IMG/VR virus record: IMGVR_UViG_3300022917_000005
DNA length: 45,207 nucleotides
DNA from: a virus
Direction: 5' to 3' (one strand)
A program made the translations under genes and the position numbers. Positions 8,854 through 17,391 of the stretch are shown piece after piece (the first letter of the stretch is position 1; every line of letters begins with the position of its first letter). Under the pieces are notes generated by a model. The model was not told the origin of the DNA and made no database searches. It was given only the letters and a program-made list of their open reading frames with translations.

Positions 8854-9131
8854 CTCCGGAGGAGCGCTCAGACGTGCTCCGCGCTGAGGCGAACAGCGCC
8901 CCCATGCTCGCCGGCCAGCGATTCACGCGCCGGCCAGGGGAGGACCGCCTCAACGCCATCGCTGGCGTGATCGAGAAGATCGTGCTCAATCGGCCAGTAA
9001 GCGTGAAGATCACAAAGGGGATGGTGGAGGCTGCTCGATACGAAATGGGTAACGCCTCCCCCGAGGAGGCATGGCGCACGCTGGCTTGCGCGCTTCGTGC
9101 TGGTGGATATGGAGTGATCGAGAGTGAGTAG
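8844..9131 (+). CDS. Hypothetical protein (95 aa)
   Basis: ATG at 8844 (MELTPEERSDVL...) after GGGGGCTGAAGGA; overlaps the previous stop. Confidence 0.55.
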   Translation: MELTPEERSDVLRAEANSAPMLAGQRFTRRPGEDRLNAIAGVIEKIVLNRPVSVKITKGMVEAARYEMGNASPEEAWRTLACALRAGGYGVIESE

Positions 9132-10104
9132 CTTATTCCCGGACGCGAAGAACTTCGGCACGGTGAGCCCGAAAACTGGGCGATACGACATGCCGTTGCT
9201 CCCTGGCGAGCAGGGGGTGAAGAGTGGCGGAGACTGGGTGCCGCGAGGGATGCGGCGCACCACCAACCTCATCGGGGCGATCAGCGAGAGCAAGGCGCTG
9301 GGGATCTGGTTGCTGGAGCAAGCCCTGATCGGGCTGGTGCGTCAGCCATCCCTCTACGAAGAGTTGACGATGCTCGTGCACAATGGCGACCGCGCGGAGG
9401 TGAATTGGCTCGCGCTGCGCGACCACCCGGAGGTGCGCAAGGAGCTGAGCGGCACGTGGAAGAACGAGGATGACTGCATAGCGGGGCGCGCGCGCCACGC
9501 TGCCGGCGCGAATGAGGCTCGCCAGGCCGGCACCAACCGGCACAGCGCGTGGGAGGTGCGCGGGAAGACCGGGGAGCTGATCGGCACCCCGGAGATGAAG
9601 GAGCAGGTGCTCAGGCTGGAGGCTCTCCTGGCCGATGCAGGGCTTATGCGCGTGCCGGGCCTGAGCGAGCGTGTTATCCGCAACACCACCCTCAACTGCG
9701 CCGGCAAGTTCGATGACATCCTGATGGAGCTGGCAACCGGCAAACTTCTCATGGCAGACCTGAAGACGAAGCGTCGCCCGTTCTTCTCGTGGCTGGAGGT
9801 GGATGCGCAGCTCGCCACGTACGCCAGGGCAGAATGGATGCTGAGCGAGGATTGCCAGGGATATGAGCCTGGCCCGCTGCATCACGTGGATCTCACGCGC
9901 GGCGTAGTGCTGCACGTTCCCAGCGACGGCACGCCGGCCTTCCTGCGTCGCGCTCACCTTGACCGCGGATGGGAGATCGCACAGCTCTGCGCTCGAGTAC
10001 TCGATGAGCGTGCGTACGGCAAAGGGGCGGAGCGTCAGGCGCTCAGCGCGTGGCCGGGGGAAATCCTCCCGGAAGCAGTTGACATCTCGACTGACACCCA
10101 GTAA
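9124..10104 (+). CDS. PD-(D/E)XK RecB/Cas4-like exonuclease
   Basis: Has DDILMEL...ADLKTK (D...D/E-x-K) and the QLATY (QxxxY) motif. Confidence 0.65.
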   Translation: MSSLFPDAKNFGTVSPKTGRYDMPLLPGEQGVKSGGDWVPRGMRRTTNLIGAISESKALGIWLLEQALIGLVRQPSLYEELTMLVHNGDRAEVNWLALRDHPEVRKELSGTWKNEDDCIAGRARHAAGANEARQAGTNRHSAWEVRGKTGELIGTPEMKEQVLRLEALLADAGLMRVPGLSERVIRNTTLNCAGKFDDILMELATGKLLMADLKTKRRPFFSWLEVDAQLATYARAEWMLSEDCQGYEPGPLHHVDLTRGVVLHVPSDGTPAFLRRAHLDRGWEIAQLCARVLDERAYGKGAERQALSAWPGEILPEAVDISTDTQ

Positions 10105-10107
10105 TGT
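10076..10107 (+). promoter_or_regulatory. Near-consensus promoter with motif copy at the 3' end of the exonuclease gene
   Basis: CAGTTGACATCTCGACTG: TTGACA (10079-84), 17 nt, TAATGT (10102-07). Confidence 0.6.
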
Positions 10108-10358
10108 TCTTCTTGTCAGCGGGAAACAGCCACTGACTCCCCCGGAAGGCAGTTCTTAGAACACCCGGGGTACAGCACGGAGGCACGACGGAAGCCAGGC
10201 ACTACGGGAACGGCATTCGCAAGACTGGTGGAAAGCGTGAGTGGTCGAGAAGTGACAGGTTGCAGGAAGTCAGCACGCAGTGCTCTATTCCTGGGTATCG
10301 GCTTCTCGGCCACGCCCTAGCACTACTCACCATATTCACTGGCGGAAGGAGCCCCGGG

Positions 10359-10514
10359 ATGGGCTTGCACAGCAGGGATGCGAACGCAAACCACTCGCGC
10401 AAGGTGGACCGACTGAAGCGCATCGAGAGCGACGTTACCGCGGATGTCCGCGCCGGCGAACTCACCCCCAAAGAGGGCGCGGAGATCATCGCCGAGCACA
10501 GGGCGAAGGGCTGA
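10359..10514 (+). CDS. Hypothetical 51-aa protein
   Basis: ATG follows GGAAGGAG; ORF-track frame 10260..10514. Confidence 0.55.
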   Translation: MGLHSRDANANHSRKVDRLKRIESDVTADVRAGELTPKEGAEIIAEHRAKG

Positions 10515-10519
10515 GCGTC

Positions 10520-10735
10520 ATGGCGAAGAAGACATACGGCCACGCCGTGGAGTTCGGGCGCGATGGCGAACGCGTCAAGGGTACGAAGATCAAGACCGTT
10601 CAGATGCAGAAGCCACTCAAGCCCGGGCAGAAGGGCTACGACTTCGTGGAGCCTCAGGCGGGGCGCATCGCCAAGGCTGCGGGCGGTAAGATCGCGGATG
10701 GCATCGCCCGCGCCGTGTTCGGCAGAAAGCGGTGA
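10520..10735 (+). CDS. Hypothetical 71-aa basic protein
   Basis: ATG at 10520 (MAKKTYGHAVEFGRDGERVKG...). Confidence 0.55.
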   Translation: MAKKTYGHAVEFGRDGERVKGTKIKTVQMQKPLKPGQKGYDFVEPQAGRIAKAAGGKIADGIARAVFGRKR

Positions 10736-10887
10736 GTGGCAAGCCGGAGATGGTGCTGGTGAACGAGCTGGCGGACAAGGCGGCCCGCCGTATCATCTCC
10801 ACGCAGAAGCGCACTTCGCCGGCGCTGGACAAGCAGATGCGAGACTCGCAAGGTTCTGGCAACCGAGCCTCGCGTCACAGCAACTGA
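10732..10887 (+). CDS. Possible 51-aa protein
   Basis: GTGA overlap start (VSGKPEMVLVNELADKAARRIIS...). Confidence 0.4.
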   Translation: MSGKPEMVLVNELADKAARRIISTQKRTSPALDKQMRDSQGSGNRASRHSN

Positions 10888-10917
10888 TCTGATACGCTCA
10901 AATCTCAACTGAACATG

Positions 10918-10990
10918 GTTCCTCGTAGCTTAAGTTGGCAGAGCACCGGTATCCATCCCGGGGATGTGAGTTCGAGTCTCACGGAGGACA
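10918..10990 (+). tRNA. tRNA, Trp(CCA)-like, with non-canonical anticodon arm and acceptor stem
   Basis: D arm GCTT-AAGTTGGCA-GAGC. T arm GTGAG-TTCGAGT-CTCAC. GAGCACCGGT is identical to the bacterial tRNA-Trp D/anticodon junction. The anticodon arm CCGG-TATCCATC-CCGG is 16 nt, not 17. No encoded CCA. Confidence 0.7.
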
Positions 10991-11091
10991 CTAGCCACCA
11001 ACCGTGGCCGCGAGAATGACCCTCTGGGCACTCGCACACAACTTCATACGCAGTGCACACAGTTTTTCAACGTTGATCAAAGGGGAACGCA

Positions 11092-11664
11092 GTGACAGAC
11101 GCATTTGCGGCAGCGGCAGCAGCCGCGGCCGCGCAGCAGAACACCTCCGAGCCTGCGGGATCGGGGATGACGGATGAGGGGGATGGCGGTAGCTCGCTGT
11201 TCGGCGGGGAGAAGCTTCCCGGCCTGTTCCACAAGTTCGTGATGGCGGGCGAGTGGCGTGAGGGCATCATCACCAAGCCCCCGCGTGACGTGCAGTCGCG
11301 GGACATGGCCGGCAAGCCGAAGTTCTGGGACGAAGCCGCCAGCAAGCCCACCACGGAGAACACCGGCAAGCCGCTGAACGACACCCTGATCGTCGTTCAG
11401 ACGCAGTACATGTTCACGGAGCAGGAGATCTCCGATCGAGACATCGATCCTCTCGATGTGGAGGATTTCAAGGGTGTCCGCGGCATGTGGCTGAACGGCG
11501 AAGCCAAGCAGGCGTTCATCAAGGCCATCCGCAAGGCTCGGGTGCGCACCGAGAGCGAGCTGGTGGGCTACAAGGTTCGCGGCCGGCGCGGCAAGAAGGT
11601 GCCGGTTCCCGGCACCACGTTCCAAAAGTGGACGGACTGGGAATTCGAGCTGACCAAGCCGTAA
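11092..11664 (+). CDS. Hypothetical protein (190 aa) with an N-terminal poly-Ala tract
   Basis: GTG start after AAAGGGGAA; ORF track. Confidence 0.65.
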   Translation: MTDAFAAAAAAAAAQQNTSEPAGSGMTDEGDGGSSLFGGEKLPGLFHKFVMAGEWREGIITKPPRDVQSRDMAGKPKFWDEAASKPTTENTGKPLNDTLIVVQTQYMFTEQEISDRDIDPLDVEDFKGVRGMWLNGEAKQAFIKAIRKARVRTESELVGYKVRGRRGKKVPVPGTTFQKWTDWEFELTKP

Positions 11665-11672
11665 TCCTGTTT

Positions 11673-11696
11673 CGCGCACAGTCGGAGCTGTGCGCG
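11673..11696 (+). terminator. Hairpin after CDS 11092..11664
   Basis: CGCGCACAG-TCGGAG-CTGTGCGCG followed by TTGC; weak T tract. Confidence 0.35.
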
Positions 11697-11740
11697 TTGC
11701 AGGAGACCGGAACGTCCGGAATCTGGGAAGGGAACCAACC

Positions 11741-12034
11741 ATGAGCAACTTCGATCTCTCCATCACCCACGAGACCGATTCCGTCGAGGATGACGCCACT
11801 CTCGTTGTCTTCGTCACCGGTTCGCTGAACGTCGTGAACTACGCGGTGAACGACGTGGCCAAGCAGCTCACGGACGCGGGCGACGCGCAGTTCTCCGTGC
11901 GCCTCGCGCCGGCCGACGGCGGCAAGTCGCTGGTCTCCGTCACCGGTGACGGCGACACGGTCGTGACCCTGCTCAAGAGCAAGGTGGCGAAGGCCCGCAA
12001 GGCGGAGCGCGACGCGGCCACTCCGGCGGAGTAA
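11741..12034 (+). CDS. Hypothetical protein (97 aa)
   Basis: ATG after GGGAAGGGAA (MSNFDLSITHETDS...). Confidence 0.6.
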   Translation: MSNFDLSITHETDSVEDDATLVVFVTGSLNVVNYAVNDVAKQLTDAGDAQFSVRLAPADGGKSLVSVTGDGDTVVTLLKSKVAKARKAERDAATPAE

Positions 12035-12046
12035 CAGCGATCATCA

Positions 12047-12070
12047 GGCGGGGCTCGAAAGAGCCCCGCC
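12047..12070 (+). terminator. Intrinsic terminator-like hairpin
   Basis: GGCGGGGCTC-GAAA-GAGCCCCGCC followed by TTCGTCATATTC. Confidence 0.6.
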
Positions 12071-12096
12071 TTCGTCATATTCAGGGATGAGGGGCA

Positions 12097-12372
12097 ATGG
12101 ACGAGCTGAAGTGGACAACGGGTGCGGTGGGATCGCAGCATCGCGCCATCATGCGTGGTGGCCGCGTCATCGCCATCGCGGATGATATGCCCGCGGCGGC
12201 GCACATCGTGCGCACGATGAACGGCGTGGAGGCGGCCAGGGAAGACCGCCTCACCCTGAGCGTGGTGCGCGATGGGCTCGCGGCGCTGCGCGAGCGAATC
12301 ACCGCAACGGCGATGACAACGCAGGATCTCAGCGCAGAGATCGAGCGACTGATGAAGGTGGGGCAGGAGTGA
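12097..12372 (+). CDS. Hypothetical protein (91 aa)
   Basis: ORF track; GGATGAGGGG precedes the ATG. Confidence 0.6.
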   Translation: MDELKWTTGAVGSQHRAIMRGGRVIAIADDMPAAAHIVRTMNGVEAAREDRLTLSVVRDGLAALRERITATAMTTQDLSAEIERLMKVGQE

Positions 12373-12743
12373 ATATCGAGCAGATGTTGGCGGCGCTCGA
12401 AGAGGACGAGAAGCACCCGGAGATGTACGGCAGCGTCACTCGCTCGGAAGTGACTGCCACCGTGGCGAAGCATCTCGAAGCGCTGCACGAGCTTCGGGCG
12501 GAGCTGGCGCAGTACGGCGCCGGCTTCTCGCGCAAGGTGGATGAAGTGCTCGCGGTGGACACGGACGGCGCCGCTCCGAAGCACGTGGCCGTGAGCAGCG
12601 AGCGTGTGCGCATCACCCTGCGGGACGTGGAGGGATTCGAGGCGGGGCGCCCCAACGTCGTGATCATGAGCGATGGGGACGTTGGGCACGAATACCTCGA
12701 TCAGTTCCGCAACATCATGGTGCGAGCGGAGATCCTCCGGTGA
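12369..12743 (+). CDS. Hypothetical protein (124 aa)
   Basis: GTGA overlap start; ORF track. Confidence 0.6.
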   Translation: MNIEQMLAALEEDEKHPEMYGSVTRSEVTATVAKHLEALHELRAELAQYGAGFSRKVDEVLAVDTDGAAPKHVAVSSERVRITLRDVEGFEAGRPNVVIMSDGDVGHEYLDQFRNIMVRAEILR

Positions 12744-13321
12744 CGCAGCTGCGCGAGGGTGACATCATGTTCACCACGATCAGCGGGGGCGCCGGCCTGG
12801 TGGTGGCGGGGGGGCAGCTCCTCCTGGCCGCTGGCGAGCGTGGCCCCGTTTGGCGCGCTGGCGTGCGGAAGTGGTGGCGGCGCCGGCACACAGGCGTTGT
12901 GGTGCGCAAGCGCGAGGGGCTGGAGCTGTGCGTGGTGCAGGCGATGCCGGGTGGTGCGGAGATCGCGCCCCTGCGCTTCGACTCCGATACCGTCTACCTC
13001 CGCCCTCCGTATGACAACCTCACCGGTTTCGATCAGCTTCCGCAGAACATGAAGGTAGCGGAGGCGGCGAAGCGCTACGTGGGCACGCCGTATGACTTCG
13101 CTACGTACGGCGCTATCCCGCTGTGGCGCCGCGGGATTCGCACGGAGGGGCTGGAGCACATCATCAGTGACACGGACACCATGATGTGTTCGCGGCTGGT
13201 GGATGCGTCGCTTCAGGACGCACACTTCCATCTCTTCGATGACGGGCGCATCCCGGGGGATGTCACCCCCAGCGAGGCATACCGCAGACTTGTTCAGTTG
13301 GGATCTCAACTGATAGAGTGA
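12740..13321 (+). CDS. Permuted papain-fold (YiiX/NlpC-P60 superfamily-like) cysteine peptidase-like protein
   Basis: Order GDIMF ... RHTGVVV ... MMCSRLVDASL fits a His-then-Cys permuted NlpC/P60 arrangement. Judged by eye only. Confidence 0.45.
   Translation: MTQLREGDIMFTTISGGAGLVVAGGQLLLAAGERGPVWRAGVRKWWRRRHTGVVVRKREGLELCVVQAMPGGAEIAPLRFDSDTVYLRPPYDNLTGFDQLPQNMKVAEAAKRYVGTPYDFATYGAIPLWRRGIRTEGLEHIISDTDTMMCSRLVDASLQDAHFHLFDDGRIPGDVTPSEAYRRLVQLGSQLIE
13295..13312. repeat. Palindromic motif copy at a gene junction
   Basis: CAGTTGGGATCTCAACTG, perfect 6-bp arms, 14 nt before the ATG at 13326. Confidence 0.5.
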
Positions 13322-13325
13322 CGCC

Positions 13326-13508
13326 ATGGCGAAGCTGAAGCTCGAAGGCAAGGTGGCGACGGTGGAGTTCACCGTTGATCCCGAAGACGGGCAAATTCTC
13401 GGATCGTGCGTTCAGCATCCGGAAAAGCGCGGATGCCAGTGGGGCGAGCGATACGACGATTTGCGAGACGCGGCGGAGTATGCCGAAGATCATGCAGACA
13501 GGGGGTGA
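13326..13508 (+). CDS. Hypothetical protein (60 aa)
   Basis: ORF track. Confidence 0.5.
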   Translation: MAKLKLEGKVATVEFTVDPEDGQILGSCVQHPEKRGCQWGERYDDLRDAAEYAEDHADRG

Positions 13509-13561
13509 GGATCATGGGCGATTCGTTCGATTACGACTGGAGCTGAGCACGGCCGGCAAGC

Positions 13562-13594
13562 GGGCGCAACTCTGGGATTCCTGGGGTTGCGCCC
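13562..13594 (+). terminator. Hairpin in the 180-nt intergenic region
   Basis: GGGCGCAAC / GTTGCGCCC 9-bp stem followed by TTACC. Confidence 0.35.
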
Positions 13595-13597
13595 TTA

Positions 13598-13617
13598 CCA
13601 GTTCAGATGTAAACTGG
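13598..13617. repeat. Palindromic motif copy (intergenic)
   Basis: CCAGTTCAGATGTAAACTGG. Confidence 0.55.
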
Positions 13618-13689
13618 TGTTGAGCCACCCGGGCGGACAAAACACATAGCCAGTCCGGGTGGACTTCTAACCGAGAAGGGAACCATCTC

Positions 13690-13908
13690 ATGTTCGAGAA
13701 GATGCGAGCGCGCCGGCTTCGCCGTGCTCTCCTGAAGCAGGAGTACTCCTCCTGTCTGAACATGCTTCAGGCGTGCCTCGATGAGCGCTCACGCGTTTAC
13801 CGCACGTCTTCGCGTGAGGATTACCTCACGCAGCTTGCGGTGATTCGCAAGCAGGAAAACGAGACCCATGCCCGGATGCAGGAAGTCACTCAGGAGTTGG
13901 CGCGATGA
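13690..13908 (+). CDS. Hypothetical protein (72 aa)
   Basis: ATG after GAGAAGGGAA; ORF track. Confidence 0.6.
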   Translation: MFEKMRARRLRRALLKQEYSSCLNMLQACLDERSRVYRTSSREDYLTQLAVIRKQENETHARMQEVTQELAR

Positions 13909-14759
13909 AAATCCGTGGCCGCTGGGTGCTTGTCCCCATCCTGGTAGTTGTCAATGCTGCCGCTGTCTGGGGGCAGACCGGATGGGCGCTCGATCACATC
14001 GTGGACGAGCTGTGGATTTTCGCGGTACAGCTCACTCTCTCGCTCCTCTTCTCGTTCGCCATCGAGAGCATTGGCGTTTACCTCGCCATGATGGCGGATG
14101 CCGCGGAGGAGATGGGTCTACCGAGCGGCGGGAAGCGCCTCGCCTCCTACGCCGTGGGTCTGTTTTCCGGCACCCTGAACTTCTCGCACTTCCTCTCCGT
14201 CTCTTTCGCTGCCGCGGTGGCCTTCGGCTTCCTGAGCGCCATCTCCCCCTTTCTGTGGGGCATCTACGCCAGCGTGAAGCGCGGCCAGCCGGTAGCCCCC
14301 TCGCGGCGCTTCTGGCACCCGAAGCGGAGCATCGCACTCCTGCGCTACGCGGCATGGGAGGGCATCGCGGATGAGGACGAAGCTCTCCGTCTGATGCGCG
14401 TGGAGAGTGTGCGTCGCACCGAGCCGGCCATTCAGGCTCACGTTTCTACGGAGAATGCTCCGGCCTTCACGCTGGAGATGCTCACGGCGCCGGCTGAGCT
14501 GGCAGAGGCTCCGGTCTCCCCCGCTCCGATCGGGCGCGGCCCGCGGGCGAAGTGGGACGCGGCGAAGGTCATTCGCATGATCATGGATGGTGCGCCGAAG
14601 GGCGAGGTGCTGAGCGCCACGGGGATCTCCCCCGCCTCCTACGGTCGCCTCCTGAAGGTGTCGCGCATTCTCCGCGAAGACCCGCGCGCCGTCATCCTCC
14701 CTGAGGAGAAGGTCTCCGCGGAGCACGTCAGCATGATGCGCGAGCTGGTGGGGCGATGA
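13905..14759 (+). CDS. Polytopic membrane protein (DUF2637-like) with a C-terminal HTH-like segment
   Basis: About 4 hydrophobic helices in the first 130 aa. The C-terminus GEVLSATGISPASYGRLLKVSRIL looks HTH-like. ATGA overlap start. Confidence 0.55.
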   Translation: MKIRGRWVLVPILVVVNAAAVWGQTGWALDHIVDELWIFAVQLTLSLLFSFAIESIGVYLAMMADAAEEMGLPSGGKRLASYAVGLFSGTLNFSHFLSVSFAAAVAFGFLSAISPFLWGIYASVKRGQPVAPSRRFWHPKRSIALLRYAAWEGIADEDEALRLMRVESVRRTEPAIQAHVSTENAPAFTLEMLTAPAELAEAPVSPAPIGRGPRAKWDAAKVIRMIMDGAPKGEVLSATGISPASYGRLLKVSRILREDPRAVILPEEKVSAEHVSMMRELVGR

Positions 14760-14941
14760 GGGAAGTCACTCCGGAGATGGTGGCTTACGCCCGGAACAAA
14801 ATGCTCGCAATCCGCGAGCTGTTCCGGGCCGGCACCATCTCCATCGAGGAAGCACGCACGGGGGTTACCGCCTACATGGATTGGCTCGGTATTCACGGAG
14901 ATGTCATCCTGTTTCTCACGCGCCAGGATGACGCGCGATGA
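14756..14941 (+). CDS. Hypothetical protein (61 aa)
   Basis: ATGA overlap; ORF track. Confidence 0.55.
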   Translation: MREVTPEMVAYARNKMLAIRELFRAGTISIEEARTGVTAYMDWLGIHGDVILFLTRQDDAR

Positions 14942-15066
14942 GCTGGGTTTGGGTGATCGGCATCGGGGGTTACGGGGCGCTGGCGCTGGTGCTCGCAATG
15001 TGGAGCGCCACGGAGTTCGTGTGGAAGATCAGGGATAGGCGAGCACGAGGGAGACATCGGAGATGA
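14938..15066 (+). CDS. Possible 42-aa membrane peptide
   Basis: ATGA overlaps at both ends; encodes MSWVWVIGIGGYGALALVLAMW... Confidence 0.45.
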   Translation: MSWVWVIGIGGYGALALVLAMWSATEFVWKIRDRRARGRHRR

Positions 15067-16967
15067 AGAAGCTACGGCTGATCTGGCTTGCGATTCAGCT
15101 CACCTACCGCTTCTGGAGCGGGCGCCCGATGAACGGCCAGAGGAAGACGAACGCTACGTTCCGGCGCCGTGCCACACGTTCCCTCGATGAGAGCGGCACC
15201 GCACTGCGGTGGGAGATGCTCGCCGGCTACGAGCGTCTTCTCTGGCGCCTCTCCGTCTCCTACCTCACTCTCCTCTTCTTCGTGCTCCTGGTGCTCTATC
15301 CGTTCGGCAAGACGGATGAGGTACTCCTCCCGCATCTCCTCCTGGCCGCACTCCTCGGGAGCGTGATCCTCCTCCGCCGTCGCGTGAGGGATCACGGATA
15401 CCGCATCCCTCTCCCGATGCGCGTGGAGAAGGAGACGGAGGAGATGGCTACCGCGGAGAAGCATTGGAGCATCGAGTGGTTGGAGCGCGAGGGGCGCCTG
15501 CTGTGGGAGATGGAGAAGGTGTTTCCCGTGGGGCGCGCGGTGATGGCTCAGCTCTCCACCAGTTGGACGGAGAAGGAGATGCGGCAGCGCATCACCGTGC
15601 CTCGCAACTATAAGGAGGAGAACGGCGGCAAGGTGGAGATCCTCCTCCCCGCCAACTTCACCGGCGCGGATATCAACACACAGACGCGTCTGGTGAGCAC
15701 CGTGGCCCGGAAGCTGGGGATCACGGAGCCCGCAGCTAACTGGCAGATCGAGGGGAGTGCTCCTCGCGTGCTTATCGGGATGCCTCCGGCACCTCCGAAG
15801 CTGGTTCTGTTCCCGGAGGTGCGCCGCTACTTTGAGGCGGCGGAGCCCTTCAAGCCCTTCTACGGGATCATCGCCGGAGGAGAAGCGCTCCACATCGGGA
15901 TGCATAGCGACACTCCGCACATGGCCATCTCCGCGGGCAGCGGCGCCGGTAAGAGTGAGATGATCAAGGTTCTCATCATGCAAGCGCTTCATTGGGGATG
16001 GAGCGTGGTGATCCTCGATTGGAAGAACGAAAGCCAGGAGTGGGCGAAGGGTATCCACGGAGTGCGCTACTACTCCACGGAGGAGACGATCCACGATGCG
16101 CTCATCGCCATCGGGGAGGAGATCGATGCTCGCAAGAATGCCCCCGGGGGCACGGAGCATCATCCCTTCATCGTGGTGTGCGAGGAATGGAGCATGACTA
16201 GCGATCTCCTCTCCGAATACTGGGGAGCACTGCGGAGCACGGCGGAGCCCGAGGAGCGCAAGCTCATGCCCACGCGCTCGCCGGCGCTCACTGCGGCTAA
16301 GAAGGTGGTCTTCACCGGCCGCTCGCTTGGCATTTTCCAAATGTTGGTGGCCATTCGATTCAGTGCGCGGGTAACGGGTGGGAATGCGGATCTGCGCGAG
16401 TCATTCCAGGTGATCTTGATGGCTCGCTATAAGAGTCAGACCATTGCGATGCTGGCGAAGGGAATCAAGCCCTTCCCCGCAAACAAGCCCAAAGAGGTGG
16501 GTCGTTGGGTGGTGGTGGCCGGCGAGGAAGCGACCATTATGCGGGCGCCGCTGGTCACGGACATGGAGGCAATGGAGTGGGCAGCCTCAGGGGTTGAAGC
16601 ACCCATGAGCCCCTTCAGCGAGCGTTATACCCTCTCACCGGGGCAGCAGGGTAACACGCACGCTACCCTGCCGAACCATCCTGCCCCCGCGGTAGCTGGA
16701 GATAACTGGAATGGCCTTCCGGTATTGGAGGCTGAGGCAGTTGAGATTCAACCCAGGAAGCTCTCCGAAATGGTCGATGACTTGCATGACACGGTGGATG
16801 ACAAACTCACCCTGAAGATCCTTCAGAAGGCAGCGGGGGACAAAGACAGCGGCTTCCCCCTGCCTCAGGGAATGGGCGCGCATGGTGCCTATCTTTACGA
16901 TCCTGAGTCAGTTAGGATCTGGACTAGAAAGCGTTATGCCACGCGGATGGCTCGCGGTGCGCGATGA
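15063..16967 (+). CDS. FtsK/SpoIIIE (TraB-like) DNA translocase with N-terminal TM segments
   Basis: Walker A SAGSGAGKSE, Walker-B-like FIVVCEEW, and hydrophobic helices at aa 60-105. Confidence 0.8.
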   Translation: MKKLRLIWLAIQLTYRFWSGRPMNGQRKTNATFRRRATRSLDESGTALRWEMLAGYERLLWRLSVSYLTLLFFVLLVLYPFGKTDEVLLPHLLLAALLGSVILLRRRVRDHGYRIPLPMRVEKETEEMATAEKHWSIEWLEREGRLLWEMEKVFPVGRAVMAQLSTSWTEKEMRQRITVPRNYKEENGGKVEILLPANFTGADINTQTRLVSTVARKLGITEPAANWQIEGSAPRVLIGMPPAPPKLVLFPEVRRYFEAAEPFKPFYGIIAGGEALHIGMHSDTPHMAISAGSGAGKSEMIKVLIMQALHWGWSVVILDWKNESQEWAKGIHGVRYYSTEETIHDALIAIGEEIDARKNAPGGTEHHPFIVVCEEWSMTSDLLSEYWGALRSTAEPEERKLMPTRSPALTAAKKVVFTGRSLGIFQMLVAIRFSARVTGGNADLRESFQVILMARYKSQTIAMLAKGIKPFPANKPKEVGRWVVVAGEEATIMRAPLVTDMEAMEWAASGVEAPMSPFSERYTLSPGQQGNTHATLPNHPAPAVAGDNWNGLPVLEAEAVEIQPRKLSEMVDDLHDTVDDKLTLKILQKAAGDKDSGFPLPQGMGAHGAYLYDPESVRIWTRKRYATRMARGAR

Positions 16968-17158
16968 GCGGAGCACGCTATTGCAACGGCCCGGGTAAGA
17001 AGCTGATCTTTGATACGAAGCAGTCGGCCAGGGAGTGGCTGAGCTGGCCGGCGCCCGGGCGTGTGGCCGGCACGAAGCGCGGGCACGTCCACCGTTGCAC
17101 GTGGGGAGATCACTATCACGTCTCCAGCGGGAGACGAAAGAAGCGAGGAAGAGGGTAA
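16964..17158 (+). CDS. Hypothetical basic protein (64 aa)
   Basis: ATGA overlap; ORF track. Confidence 0.5.
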   Translation: MSGARYCNGPGKKLIFDTKQSAREWLSWPAPGRVAGTKRGHVHRCTWGDHYHVSSGRRKKRGRG

Positions 17159-17391
17159 TGGAGATGGACCTGATGAAGATCGGGCTGGAGGCGATTCTGG
17201 AGGAACTGGAGAGGCGCGGGGAGATTATCCGCGTGTTGAAGGAGGAGCCCCCGGTGGGCTCGCGCGTCTCCGACAATCAGGGGGATGTGTGGATGCGCAA
17301 GGAGGCCGGGTGGGGGATCGGAGACACCTCCGACTTCCGATGCACGTGGGCGAACCTGCTCCCCTACGCACCGCTGGTGCGTGTCCAGTGA
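17158..17391 (+). CDS. Hypothetical protein (77 aa), paralog of the next gene
   Basis: TAATG coupling. GEIIRVLKEEP...GDVWMRKEAGW aligns with GEIRIRVTEEP...GSVWEKTEHGW in the next ORF. Confidence 0.55.
   Translation: MEMDLMKIGLEAILEELERRGEIIRVLKEEPPVGSRVSDNQGDVWMRKEAGWGIGDTSDFRCTWANLLPYAPLVRVQ

Noticed and set aside
10118-10358. A cobalamin or ZTP riboswitch in the long leader (GCCACTG, AGCCAGG and GACTGGTGG resemble fragments of those consensus sequences).
   Set aside because: Only short fragments match. The paired elements (a full B12 box, CCGCCTGGGCA) are absent, and the downstream genes are not in the relevant pathways.
10878-10912. Two CAACTGA half-sites just upstream of the tRNA, as a tRNA promoter or operator.
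   Set aside because: Only half motifs are present, with no correctly spaced -35/-10 pair. This is too weak to call.
11104-11133. A GCN trinucleotide repeat (gcggcagcggcagcagccgcggccgcg).
   Set aside because: It lies in frame inside CDS 11092..11664 and encodes a poly-Ala run. It is a low-complexity coding tract, not an independent repeat element.
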